This document shows, in pieces, positions 30,089 to 39,208 of a DNA stretch of 52,293 bases. Positions within the stretch are counted from its first letter, which is position 1. The number at the start of each line of letters is the position of its first letter. The notes below the pieces were generated by a model. It did no database searches, was not told the DNA's origin, and saw only the letters and a program-made list of their open reading frames with translations. A program made the position numbers and the translations under genes. The stretch comes from an uncultured Acidobacteriota bacterium (GTDB lineage: Bacteria; Acidobacteriota; Blastocatellia; RBC074), in assembly GCA_903862855.1 (NCBI GenBank), contig CAIOZW010000103.1, forward strand, positions 1 to 52,293, read 5' to 3'.

Positions 30089-32875
30089 TTATTTACAATT
30101 TGTCTCCTTGGTTGGATCGCAGGGAGCGAAAAATCCATTCACATCGATACTCAGGTTGATACTGTGACCTGACTCTGCCTTGAATGAGCCAAGTTCACCG
30201 AGTCGGACGGTGAATGAATTGGACGTCAGTCGATTGACCAGGTAGTGGAGGTTGGATGTCGCCGGTCGTATCTGGTCATCCGGGAAGAAGACCAGATTTC
30301 CATTCATTTGCGACTGATTGTAGACAGTCGTGTTTCCAGTTACAGCCGCAGCAGACCTTGAAAGTTCGATGCCACTGCAGTTGGCCCTCGCCGGTATCAG
30401 AACCTCCTGATTGGCATTGACCGGCCGACTCAAAGTAAAGCAGCCCGATTCATTGAGACGCGTCTCGAGCAGTCGCAGGGCGCGGTTGAGCGGATAGTAG
30501 CGCAGGCCTGATGAATCCGGACTGAAATAACCCATCACATCGAAGGTCAGATGTGCTCCGGTGCTGGTATAGGTGTTGAAGAGCCCGTTCTGGTCGAGAC
30601 CGACAACGATCTGGTTGCTCGCGGTTGAGAATGGCTGGAGTTGGAGACCAAAAGTGCCCGGTCGAGCTCCTCTTGCCGGGTAGAAGGTGGCAAATCCATT
30701 GAACGAGGTCAGGTTGGTCATGGTCGCATTACCGATGATGAAGCGGGCCGATGATGGTATGACCACTCCTTCGCAATTGACAGTGGCTTTTTCGATGTGA
30801 GTCGATCCTATGCCAAGAGGCTGCCTAAGCAATCGACAGGTTGCAGATTCACCCGATGTATCAGTGATTCTGAGCGGAGACCTGAGGGCATGAAAATAGA
30901 GCCCACCCACTCCAGGAGGTCCAAAGTAACCAGTGATATCAATGATGACGTGGATCTGATTGCCTGAATAGATATCGACCGAGCCGTCAATTCCAAGTGG
31001 ACTGATGAAGGTGGTCGTCAGAGTCTGTAGTGGTCCGTAGGAGAGGAGCCCCGCACTTGATGGCGGCGAACCGGCGGAAACTATCTGGTAGTTACCCGGA
31101 CTCTGCGTCAGGTTGATTACCGTAATCTGACCGACTACCGCATTGGCACTGGCCGGTATGTTGGCCCTCAAGCAGCTACCTGTCAATTTGACTCGCAACG
31201 GTGAGACGACGTTGAGGGGAGCCCTTGACGAACTGCAGGCACCAGCCGTCGATCTTGAATCGAACCAGCGAACCTGTGTATCAAGAGGAAAGAAGAGGGT
31301 CGGACTGGGAGTCGTCACCGGCGTCGGATTCGGCACTGTAGATTTGGGTGTAACCTTGAAGACAAACTGCCGCTGCACTGACTGGTTGACTGAATCGGTC
31401 ACCTGAACCGTAAAGACCGATTCCCCGGCAATAAGCGGTGTCCCGCGGATTGAACCTGTACTTAAGAGCAGTACCCCATTGGGAAGTGTACCTGCGACCA
31501 CCTGCCACCGATAGGGTGGGGCGCCTCCTGAGGCACTCAGATCGAAATCGTAGAGGGATTCGGCCTGAACAGTTGGGATCGAGCTTGTCGTAATGGCCGG
31601 CAGCCTGACCTGCGTCACCTGAGGATAAAGAAATCTGGCTCCTGCCTCATCGTCAGCTCTTACTGAACCACAGCGTCCGTCAAAATGGGCATAGGCAAAG
31701 AGCGAAGCGTCACTATCCCGCGAATGGCCAAGGCCGATCGCGTGACCGAGTTCGTGCGTCGTAATCTCCCTAATGTTGCAGGACTCATTGAAAAAGCAGG
31801 TCGCAAACGGATTGAAAGAGATGTTCCCCTCGATGGCGCGGTAGAAAGCAATTCCACCAACAGTCTTGCGCTGGGTTACATCGAAGTTCGAGATACTTGC
31901 AGCGGCGATGACCCCCGCACAGCCGCCTCGAACGGGCGGGGAGAAAGATGAGTAGCCATCACAATTGTTGAAGGAGATGGTATTGACTCCGTCAATGCTC
32001 GATAGACCGCACGTCGTTGTCGTATCACCAAGTCTCAGCCTGAGTGAACTGTTGCTGATGTTTGACCAGACGTCCATGGCTGCCTGAACATCCTCAGGCA
32101 GGCGCGTGTTGGGCATCTGCAATGGGTTGATTCTGAATGTGACCGGGAGACCATTGTCAGGCTCAAACCATCTTTGAGGCTGATACGAGTTGATAATGGT
32201 GAAATTTGGAGAACGGAAATCCGCCTCCATGCGTGCGAACTCGGATGGAACTCGACTGAGCGCCGTATCGGCAAAGTATGTCTGAACGTGTGAGGCAGAC
32301 TGAGCCGTGAGGTTCTGGACAAGTGTTGTGAGTCGTGCCAGATAAGTATTCAGGTCGGATTGATCGGTCGAAGCTCCCATAGTCGACCTTCCGCGGATAC
32401 TCACTCCCGATTCAGCCGACTCCCGGCTGATCGACTCCCGACCGGTGAGCGGATTTGTCGAGATCCTGAACTTCCCAAGAAACCATTGATAGACTCGCAG
32501 GCTGCCATCAGGCCAGGTATCCAGGTATAGCAGCACGTCTTCACCAGCCGTGAACTTCGGTACTCCGAAAATATCTGATCCCAGGTTACCAGTGATTCCC
32601 CCGGGCTCCTTGATGACGATTTCTCCGGTCGGGTTGAGTAGATCTTCACCTTTCAGAACCCGGGAGAGTCGGAGCGTCGTATAGGTAAAGATCGCTTGAC
32701 GCTGTAGATCGTAACCGCTGAAGGTGTGCAGAACCTTCCCCCTCACAATGGCCCGGGAACCGATGACCAGCTCTTCATCACTTGGAATGATAACCGTGCT
32801 TGCCTGGATCAGGGAGTGCGAAATAAGGGCGATCAGGATCAGTGTAATTGATCGAGCCGTCAGTGTGGATCTCAT
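30089..32875 (-). CDS. secreted metzincin-type zinc metallopeptidase with Ig-like domain and three C-terminal ~130-140-aa repeats
   Basis: ATG at 32875 follows GGAGA. It has a signal peptide (MRSTLTARSITLILIALISHSLIQAS). The zinc motif HELGHAIGLGHS is encoded at nt 31721-31756. A He_PIG-like segment reads PPYRWQVVAGTLPNGVLL. The three repeats end in IDITGYFGP, FDVMGYFSP and IDVNGFFAP. Confidence 0.85.
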   Translation of the reverse strand: MRSTLTARSITLILIALISHSLIQASTVIIPSDEELVIGSRAIVRGKVLHTFSGYDLQRQAIFTYTTLRLSRVLKGEDLLNPTGEIVIKEPGGITGNLGSDIFGVPKFTAGEDVLLYLDTWPDGSLRVYQWFLGKFRISTNPLTGRESISRESAESGVSIRGRSTMGASTDQSDLNTYLARLTTLVQNLTAQSASHVQTYFADTALSRVPSEFARMEADFRSPNFTIINSYQPQRWFEPDNGLPVTFRINPLQMPNTRLPEDVQAAMDVWSNISNSSLRLRLGDTTTTCGLSSIDGVNTISFNNCDGYSSFSPPVRGGCAGVIAAASISNFDVTQRKTVGGIAFYRAIEGNISFNPFATCFFNESCNIREITTHELGHAIGLGHSRDSDASLFAYAHFDGRCGSVRADDEAGARFLYPQVTQVRLPAITTSSIPTVQAESLYDFDLSASGGAPPYRWQVVAGTLPNGVLLLSTGSIRGTPLIAGESVFTVQVTDSVNQSVQRQFVFKVTPKSTVPNPTPVTTPSPTLFFPLDTQVRWFDSRSTAGACSSSRAPLNVVSPLRVKLTGSCLRANIPASANAVVGQITVINLTQSPGNYQIVSAGSPPSSAGLLSYGPLQTLTTTFISPLGIDGSVDIYSGNQIHVIIDITGYFGPPGVGGLYFHALRSPLRITDTSGESATCRLLRQPLGIGSTHIEKATVNCEGVVIPSSARFIIGNATMTNLTSFNGFATFYPARGARPGTFGLQLQPFSTASNQIVVGLDQNGLFNTYTSTGAHLTFDVMGYFSPDSSGLRYYPLNRALRLLETRLNESGCFTLSRPVNANQEVLIPARANCSGIELSRSAAAVTGNTTVYNQSQMNGNLVFFPDDQIRPATSNLHYLVNRLTSNSFTVRLGELGSFKAESGHSINLSIDVNGFFAPCDPTKETNCK

Positions 32876-33274
32876 CGATGGTTCTCCGTTGCTTTTGCCG
32901 ACGTGTGTTGTGTGTCCTGTTTCTGGTTCCGGATACTTACAGGTTAGACCTGACGGTCTTTCCCCTGTAGGTGAAACTGGCATAATGACCGAACCGGAAA
33001 CAATATCTATCTACAGCAGAGGTTAAGGGGTGGAGTAAAACTGGGAAAGCTCCCCCCTCACCAGTGCGTAGTCTTACTTGCTCGCCAAAGTATAATGCAA
33101 CACTAAGTTGAGTACTGGGGCTTATTGGTGAATTGTCCTGTCAGATGACCAGTCAAAGTGATCGGCGTAATTTTTTCTGGTCGATCCGTGGATCATCAAA
33201 TCACTCTATGTGATTCACTCGGTGAGAGTGAAGTCTTCAGGTTAAGGTACTGAAGCATTGTTGACCAAAAGAGA

Positions 33275-33308
33275 TTAAAATTTGTCACAACACTTAAGAT
33301 TTGTCAAA
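33275..33308. promoter_or_regulatory. imperfect 15-nt direct repeat in the divergent metzincin/GT2 intergenic region
   Basis: TTAAAATTTGTCACA (33275-33289) and TTAAGATTTGTCAAA (33294-33308) match at 13 of 15 positions, with a 19-nt offset. Confidence 0.2.
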
Positions 33309-33498
33309 CTGTTCCTGTGGCTCCATAATAACCCCCGTGTTCGACCCATTCGGTCAAATCCCGGCGAGTCTGGATCGACAATCAGGCTCCGAGTAGATAA
33401 ATGATTCCATCTTGTAATTTTGGCAGAAAAGGGGTGATCCGACTCTCTGTTGTCACCTCCCCAGGGACTGATCATCCATCCTGCCATTGCTAAGTCTG

Positions 33499-34671
33499 AT
33501 GAAATATTTCTTCAATCCAGTCCTGACAATCAATCTCCTGGCCCTGCCATTGATCATCGACAGCCTCCTCAGGGCAATTCTGATCATAGTCAGAATCGTC
33601 CGCGGAAGACGGAGCTGCGATACTGCAACGCTGCCGGCCCAAGGAGCGATTCTGCTGATCGCGGCCAGGGATGAAGAGGGGACAATAGGAGAGACCGTCT
33701 CGTCTCTTCAACCGATGCTCGAGGAATGGCCAGGCAGTCAGCTCTGGATAGTTGCCGATCATTGTGAGGATGGGACGGCAGGTGAGGCAGCGGCTGCCGG
33801 TGCGGTCGTGGTCTGTAGATCTTCAGGTCCGCAAGGTAAGGGGGCGGTGATCGAGTGGTGGCTTGACCAGCATCGCCAGATCTGGAGAGACTCGTCGGCA
33901 ATCGTCATTCTCGATGCCGACAGTCGACTTGCCCCAGGCAGCCTCAGTCGTCTCGGAAGCGCTATCGGTGGCGGGGCCGCCGCGGCCCAGTCCTTTGTCG
34001 CCCCTCTCGCATCAACCCGAACCGGACGTCTTGCCGGCTGGTCAGAGGTCCTTATGCAGGAGATTGACGATTCTGCTCGTCTCTCGCTTGGCTGGCCAGT
34101 GCCGCTTCGTGGAACCGGCATGGCCATCAGGTGCAGTCTGCTTGCTGAACTTGCACCGCACCTCCACACCCAGGCTGAAGATCTCGAACTCGATATACTG
34201 CTTGCCATCCGCGATGTCGAGGTGCGGTTTGTACCGGATGCTATCCTCTACGATCCAAAACCACAGCAGTCGGCCGGAGCTTCTCGCCAGCGTGCCCGCT
34301 GGTTGAAGGGCCAGATCGATGTTCTTCGTGACTATCGTCACGACCTTCTTCACCTGCTCAAGCCGGGGCGCCAACGCTCTCTTCCTGGAGATCTGGTTCT
34401 GCTTCTTCTGCTCTTTCTCCGGCCCAAGACGGTCTTCATGGCGCTCCGTCTGATCCTGCTTCCGCTATTCCCCTTGACGGCCCTGACCGGGCTGGTGCTC
34501 GATCTCATCTACTACCTGGCGGGTGCACTCTTTGTTGGTCAACCCCGTCAATATCTGCGGGATCTGCTCACGGTTCCTCTCTACTTTGCCATGTGGGGAC
34601 GCAGTCTCGTCATTGCGCTCTTCAGCCGTGGTCGTCAATTGTGGTTGCGGGCTGGCCGATGGAAGGCCTGA
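33499..34671 (+). CDS. membrane-embedded family-2 glycosyltransferase, processive synthase type
   Basis: N- and C-terminal TM helices, DxD-type ILDADS, and the Q(R/Q)xRW-type motif RQRARWLKG. I prefer the ATG at 33499 over the TTG at 33487. Confidence 0.82.
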   Translation: MKYFFNPVLTINLLALPLIIDSLLRAILIIVRIVRGRRSCDTATLPAQGAILLIAARDEEGTIGETVSSLQPMLEEWPGSQLWIVADHCEDGTAGEAAAAGAVVVCRSSGPQGKGAVIEWWLDQHRQIWRDSSAIVILDADSRLAPGSLSRLGSAIGGGAAAAQSFVAPLASTRTGRLAGWSEVLMQEIDDSARLSLGWPVPLRGTGMAIRCSLLAELAPHLHTQAEDLELDILLAIRDVEVRFVPDAILYDPKPQQSAGASRQRARWLKGQIDVLRDYRHDLLHLLKPGRQRSLPGDLVLLLLLFLRPKTVFMALRLILLPLFPLTALTGLVLDLIYYLAGALFVGQPRQYLRDLLTVPLYFAMWGRSLVIALFSRGRQLWLRAGRWKA

Positions 34672-34701
34672 AACTCAGTCCGAAATGGTGAGCCTTAATC
34701 A

Positions 34702-35886
34702 ATGAAGATACTCTTTCCATACATGTCCCGCTGGCGGTCGGCCAATCGCAGCCGTTACCACCAACTGATGACTCACCTCTGTCGGATTGGCCATCAGGTT
34801 CTGATATTGACTGCACCGCCAATGGCTCTCTCCGATATCAGTTCACGCGATATTGCCGAGGAACGTGAACTGCCTTCAGGATTGGTCATCAGTGAGCTTT
34901 TCGCCCCAGCGCTGCTCCGTCAATTCTGGCAGATGGATATTCCGAGAACGAAATTGATCAAGAAAGGGCTTATCTCGATCTCATCGATTCCTCAACTGCG
35001 AGAGGTGATCAGGCGTGAAGGAGTCGACCTCCTCTTTCTCTATAACCTTCCCCAAGTGCTGCTGATGGAAGTAGCCGGATGCCCGGTTCACTTCGATCTG
35101 GCTGATGATCTGGTCGCCATGATGGAGGGTGAGGATCGCTCCCTCTTTCGGTATGGTGGGCGAACGGCGGCTCAACTGGTTCAGAACCGCATGATCAAGA
35201 GAGCCCGGACAGTCACGGTCGCTTCAAGCGTCCTGGCAGAGCAGATTGATCGCCCGGTTCTTATGCTGCCAAATGGAGCGGATCTCGATGAACTCGACGC
35301 TCTCAAATCAGGTTCCCTGCCAGCGACGAGAACGACGGAGAGGCCGGTGGTTGGTTTCGTTGGAGCGCTTGAATACTGGGTTGACCTCGATCTTCTCGTT
35401 GAAGTTGCCGACCGATGTCGCTCGTGCGATTTTCTGGTGGTCGGTGGAGGGCGGCGTCTCGAAGAGCTGAGGGCTTTGTCTGTTCGTCGCGGGTTGACCA
35501 ATATCACACTCACCGGTCCAAAGGCCTATCGTGAAGCTATGCTCGAGGTTCACCAAATGGATATCTGCCTGCTGCCATTTACCCACTCAGCAGTCTCAGA
35601 CGGTTCGTGTCCGCTCAAACTGTTCGAGTATGCCGCACTTGAGAAGCCGGTCATCAGCACGCGAACAACCGAGGTTGGCCGGATCGGAGAAGGCTGGATC
35701 TGCTTTGCCGATCGGGCCGATGAGTTTGCCCGATCAATCGAGCAGATTCTTAACCAGCCGGATCAGAGTCGAGAGCGTGTTCGCCTTGGCCGTTCCCTGG
35801 TCGAGAACCGTTATAACTGGCCCGCATTAACGACGGAATTTGAAACACTGATCAAACAGTCCATCAATTGCCGGAACCTGCATTAG
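34702..35886 (+). CDS. family-4 (GT-B) glycosyltransferase
   Basis: The C-terminal EX7E-type motif is present (KLFEYAALEKPVIS), along with the GT-B pattern VGFVGALEYWVD. Confidence 0.8.
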   Translation: MKILFPYMSRWRSANRSRYHQLMTHLCRIGHQVLILTAPPMALSDISSRDIAEERELPSGLVISELFAPALLRQFWQMDIPRTKLIKKGLISISSIPQLREVIRREGVDLLFLYNLPQVLLMEVAGCPVHFDLADDLVAMMEGEDRSLFRYGGRTAAQLVQNRMIKRARTVTVASSVLAEQIDRPVLMLPNGADLDELDALKSGSLPATRTTERPVVGFVGALEYWVDLDLLVEVADRCRSCDFLVVGGGRRLEELRALSVRRGLTNITLTGPKAYREAMLEVHQMDICLLPFTHSAVSDGSCPLKLFEYAALEKPVISTRTTEVGRIGEGWICFADRADEFARSIEQILNQPDQSRERVRLGRSLVENRYNWPALTTEFETLIKQSINCRNLH

Positions 35887-36250
35887 GTTGCACCGGTAGC
35901 TGATCCGAGATCTGGCGGATATTCTCGAGCCAGGATAGATTGGTACGCGAATCGAAGATCAGCCGGGCTTCGATTCGATCCCCGGACTTGAGGCTCTTCA
36001 GCGCCTGATCATCAGGCACCTGAAAGCCCATTGTCATACCCTTCATGTAACCTTTGATCTCTTCATGGGTGATCGTGGCTCTCTTTTTGGCGAGATCGAT
36101 CGATTCGACTCGCCCCTTCAGATCAAACTCCCGTACCTCAGGTTTAGCAGGGGCTGCAGATCTGCAACCACTGGCAATCACCACCGTGAAAAGAAGACCG
36201 GTCAGAATGAAAATCAGCCCGAGTAGCCTGATTCTGCTACAAAACAACAC
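35864..36250 (-). CDS. CusF-like periplasmic copper/silver-binding lipoprotein
   Basis: GTG start is preceded by AAGGAGG. Lipobox VIASGC. The CusF-type metal site region is ITHEEIKGYMKGMTMGF. The 3' end overlaps the convergent GT4 gene by 23 nt. Confidence 0.75.
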   Translation of the reverse strand: MLFCSRIRLLGLIFILTGLLFTVVIASGCRSAAPAKPEVREFDLKGRVESIDLAKKRATITHEEIKGYMKGMTMGFQVPDDQALKSLKSGDRIEARLIFDSRTNLSWLENIRQISDQLPVQPNAGSGN

Positions 36251-36328
36251 TTAATCCTCCTTTACCAAGCCCTTTCACAAAGAGTGGGCTTATCGCCAGG
36301 GATCTGACCATTCTTGACGATCTGTCCG

Positions 36329-38485
36329 TCACTTGGCGGTATAGTGATAACCGCGGATGGCCACCAGTGTAATGGCGAGGCGGTTGTTGAAATCCCTGAT
36401 TTGCATGAGTCCGCGCTGAGAGGCTTCGGCCCGTGCCTTCTCAAGGTTGCTGCGAAGGTAGACCTCCCAGTCCTCCATACTGCGACGGTCGCGGGCATAC
36501 ATCTCCTCCTGATGTCTCCTCATCTCCTCGATCCTTCCGCCGCGCCGTAGAAGTTCAGCCAGCGAGGCGCGCACAAAGAACGACTGTGGATAGGCTGCTG
36601 CCGCTTCTTCCAGTATCTCTGTTGCACGTGGAAGGTCACCAAGCTGCTCCCGAATAAAAGCGACAAGAACATAGGCAAAGGGGCGACTGAATCCATTTCG
36701 CCAGGCGTACTCGGCGTGGATCAGCGCCTCCTTGTTCTGCTTCAACTGAAATAAGAGCAGACCATAGCCGAGGTGTGCTCCACTGTTGGACGGATCATAT
36801 GCCAGAACCTGACGGTAACGGCGGGCGAGGCTCTCGTTTCCGTTCTCACTGTCCGGATAGTAGGCAAAATCGAGCACCTCGGTTCCCATCGTCTCCTGAC
36901 CCTGGAGTTGCTGACTGCGAAAAACTCTCTCTGCCCGCCAGGTCAACATGCCAAATATTATCAGCAGTAGCACAGCCCCCATCTTCGGCAGCCAGTCGGG
37001 TACCCTGATCCGGGTATTCTCACCCTGCTCATCCTGACCTTCAGCTTGTCCAAGGACAATCGCCACACCGAGTAGTGACGCCAGCACAATTGTCTCGGGC
37101 GTATAACGGAATGAAAATCCGCTGGTCAGTGAGCTGATACAGAAGGCGATCATCCCGATCAGCCCGCCAGCGGCAAGGTGGCTCCGCGCTCTTTTGATCT
37201 GCTTCCAGAGTCGGTATCCCAGAAGCACGAGAATATTGAGAAAGAGGATCAGACCAACGGATCCAAGTTCGACCATCGTCTGCAGATACTCATTGTGGGC
37301 CAGTGGGCTTCTTATTTCGTCTTCATCCTCCGGTCCCATCAGATCCCGTAATGCAGCATTCTCAGGCTTGTTAACCCACTCCTTGCGATAATCTCCATAG
37401 AGAATGGGGTATCCTGACTGGCCAACCCCGGCCAACGGATGCTTCTTGATCATTTCGATGCCGGTCATCCAGCTCCGCAGCCGGATCATCAACCCACCCT
37501 CTGGGGAGGCAACACGGATCGCTCCATCGAGGCGGTAAGAGATCTCCTCCCAGTTTCGAGCTCCAAACGCAGCTGCACCAATCATCAGAACGATGACGAC
37601 GATCAGACCACGTCGGGCATCTCCAAGATCGACAGCCTTGAAGAGCCAGAGCAATCCCAAGAGCACCAGGGATACGGCAAGCGAGACGAGTGCTCCACGT
37701 CGCAATCCCGTGAAAATGGCAATGACTCCAAGTGATGAAACAACAAAATAGAGCGCAACCATCAACTTTTGCCGGGCCTTGAAGAAGCTCGCCACCTGGA
37801 CCGGAATCAGAGTCACCAGTATCTCGGCGGTGATGCCGTGGTTGAAAAAGAACCCAAGCATCACCGGGCCGTAGAGATATCTCTCATAGAGGATGGTGAT
37901 GGCCAGCACCAGGCAGATCAGTGTCAGCAGGTGAAAGAGAACCCGCCCCACAACCGGGCTCATGCGGAGCAGAATCAGTAGCAGAAAGAATGCAAAGGCA
38001 GCCCAGATGCCGATTAGTCTGATCCCGTCACTCATTGTCGGGGCCTGGATGAGGGACAACAGCTGCCAGCCAATGAAGACAAGCAGCGCGATGATCAGGG
38101 TGAGATCGTCTTTTCGAACATGGAATCCATCAGCTCTCTGCCGCCAGCTCTCCCAGATGACCGCTACCCCGATGATCGTTGCATAGATGGCGATGGCCAG
38201 CTCCTGGGTAGCCAGACCGACCATCGAGAGCGCCGGAGGAACGAAGATGTTTGGGATGAGCGCCAGAATCGGAAGGGCGATCAGTCCAATCTCAACCACG
38301 CCAGGACGACGGATCTCAATTTTTGCCTTGCTGCTATTGTTGTTTTTCATCAGATCGAATCCAGTCTCAATGTTCGCCAATACCTGCAACCAGGCCTCAT
38401 CCGGTTCAGGTTGGGACCCACCGGGTGGCCCAGCCGTTTCAGATGTGTCGCTGGTGAATGTCAAATCGACATCTTTGCTCGCCAA
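36329..38485 (-). CDS. O-antigen-ligase/Wzy_C-like polytopic membrane protein fused to C-terminal TPR repeats
   Basis: At least 10 hydrophobic helices. Wzy_C-like RRGALVSLAVSL and SPLAHNEYLQTMVELGSVG motifs. TPR-like C-terminus (GAHLGYGLLLFQLKQNKEALIHAEYA...). The start is uncertain: TTG at 38485 or ATG at 38350. Confidence 0.8.
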   Translation of the reverse strand: MASKDVDLTFTSDTSETAGPPGGSQPEPDEAWLQVLANIETGFDLMKNNNSSKAKIEIRRPGVVEIGLIALPILALIPNIFVPPALSMVGLATQELAIAIYATIIGVAVIWESWRQRADGFHVRKDDLTLIIALLVFIGWQLLSLIQAPTMSDGIRLIGIWAAFAFFLLLILLRMSPVVGRVLFHLLTLICLVLAITILYERYLYGPVMLGFFFNHGITAEILVTLIPVQVASFFKARQKLMVALYFVVSSLGVIAIFTGLRRGALVSLAVSLVLLGLLWLFKAVDLGDARRGLIVVIVLMIGAAAFGARNWEEISYRLDGAIRVASPEGGLMIRLRSWMTGIEMIKKHPLAGVGQSGYPILYGDYRKEWVNKPENAALRDLMGPEDEDEIRSPLAHNEYLQTMVELGSVGLILFLNILVLLGYRLWKQIKRARSHLAAGGLIGMIAFCISSLTSGFSFRYTPETIVLASLLGVAIVLGQAEGQDEQGENTRIRVPDWLPKMGAVLLLIIFGMLTWRAERVFRSQQLQGQETMGTEVLDFAYYPDSENGNESLARRYRQVLAYDPSNSGAHLGYGLLLFQLKQNKEALIHAEYAWRNGFSRPFAYVLVAFIREQLGDLPRATEILEEAAAAYPQSFFVRASLAELLRRGGRIEEMRRHQEEMYARDRRSMEDWEVYLRSNLEKARAEASQRGLMQIRDFNNRLAITLVAIRGYHYTAK

Positions 38486-39076
38486 CTTAAGAACGACTAC
38501 TGCCGATAATAACTGTTATGCGTGGCTTTATCAAAGAATCATCCAGACAAGAAGCATCCGAATAGCCCATCCACAAGTCAAGAAGATGCGGCCATAATGT
38601 GATCCCCTCGGCGGCTCCCTGACCTTCATTCATGTTGATGGTCGCGGGACACCTGCTTCTTGAAAAGCCAGCAGATGAAACCTATAATGCACTTTATTCT
38701 GATGATTGAGATGACTTGTCTGCCTTTGGTCATTGGATTGTGCCAGAGGATTGCGCCAGACTGACAAGGATGACCACTTGAAAACAACACTCTGCGCTGT
38801 GGGAATAGTCGGCGGAGTGCTTATAGTGAATCAGCGGTGGCCCTGCTCATGCTCGGTGACTTGATCGATTCACAAACCCTTGCAAGAAAGGCTCTTTTGC
38901 AAAGCGATAAAGTCACTTCTGAATGCACGTCTCGATCAGCCAAATGATTCAGGTGATCTGATTATTCCGGGCTAATTGGTCAACCAGATGCTGAGAACCT
39001 GTCAACCAACTTTGCTCCAAATCGACCGTTCCAGAGCCTAAATAGCCGATTTAGACCCAAAATGAATGATTCAAAT

Positions 39077-39112
39077 CCAAAATAGCCAAAATAGCCAAAA
39101 TAGCTAAAATAG
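39077..39112 (+). repeat. 4x tandem 9-mer C(C/T)AAAATAG
   Basis: CCAAAATAG occurs three times and CTAAAATAG once, head to tail. The array sits in a 250-bp stretch with further CCAAA(A)T copies at 38940, 39017, 39057, 39124 and 39164, all in the same orientation. Confidence 0.9.
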
Positions 39113-39196
39113 ATGGCTTGGCACCAAATCTAACAATGCAGAACCGTTATTAACGGATCAGATCCAAATTCACCGGCATAGTTTCCAATATCAGAA

Positions 39197-39208
39197 TTAT
39201 CGATAATC
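39197..39208. promoter_or_regulatory. perfect 12-bp palindrome ATTATCGATAAT, 25 nt upstream of the DnaC-like start codon
   Basis: Read directly from the sequence. Operator-like position. Confidence 0.3.

Noticed and set aside
33335-33375. tRNA-like T-arm sequence (GGTCAAATCCCGG)
   Set aside because: The flanking bases do not form a T-stem, and no acceptor, D or anticodon arms can be drawn. No tRNA gene is recognisable anywhere in the window.
39077-39112. Possible CRISPR array
   Set aside because: The repeat unit is only 9 nt and head-to-tail with no spacers, and there are no cas genes. It is a microsatellite or iteron-like array, not CRISPR.
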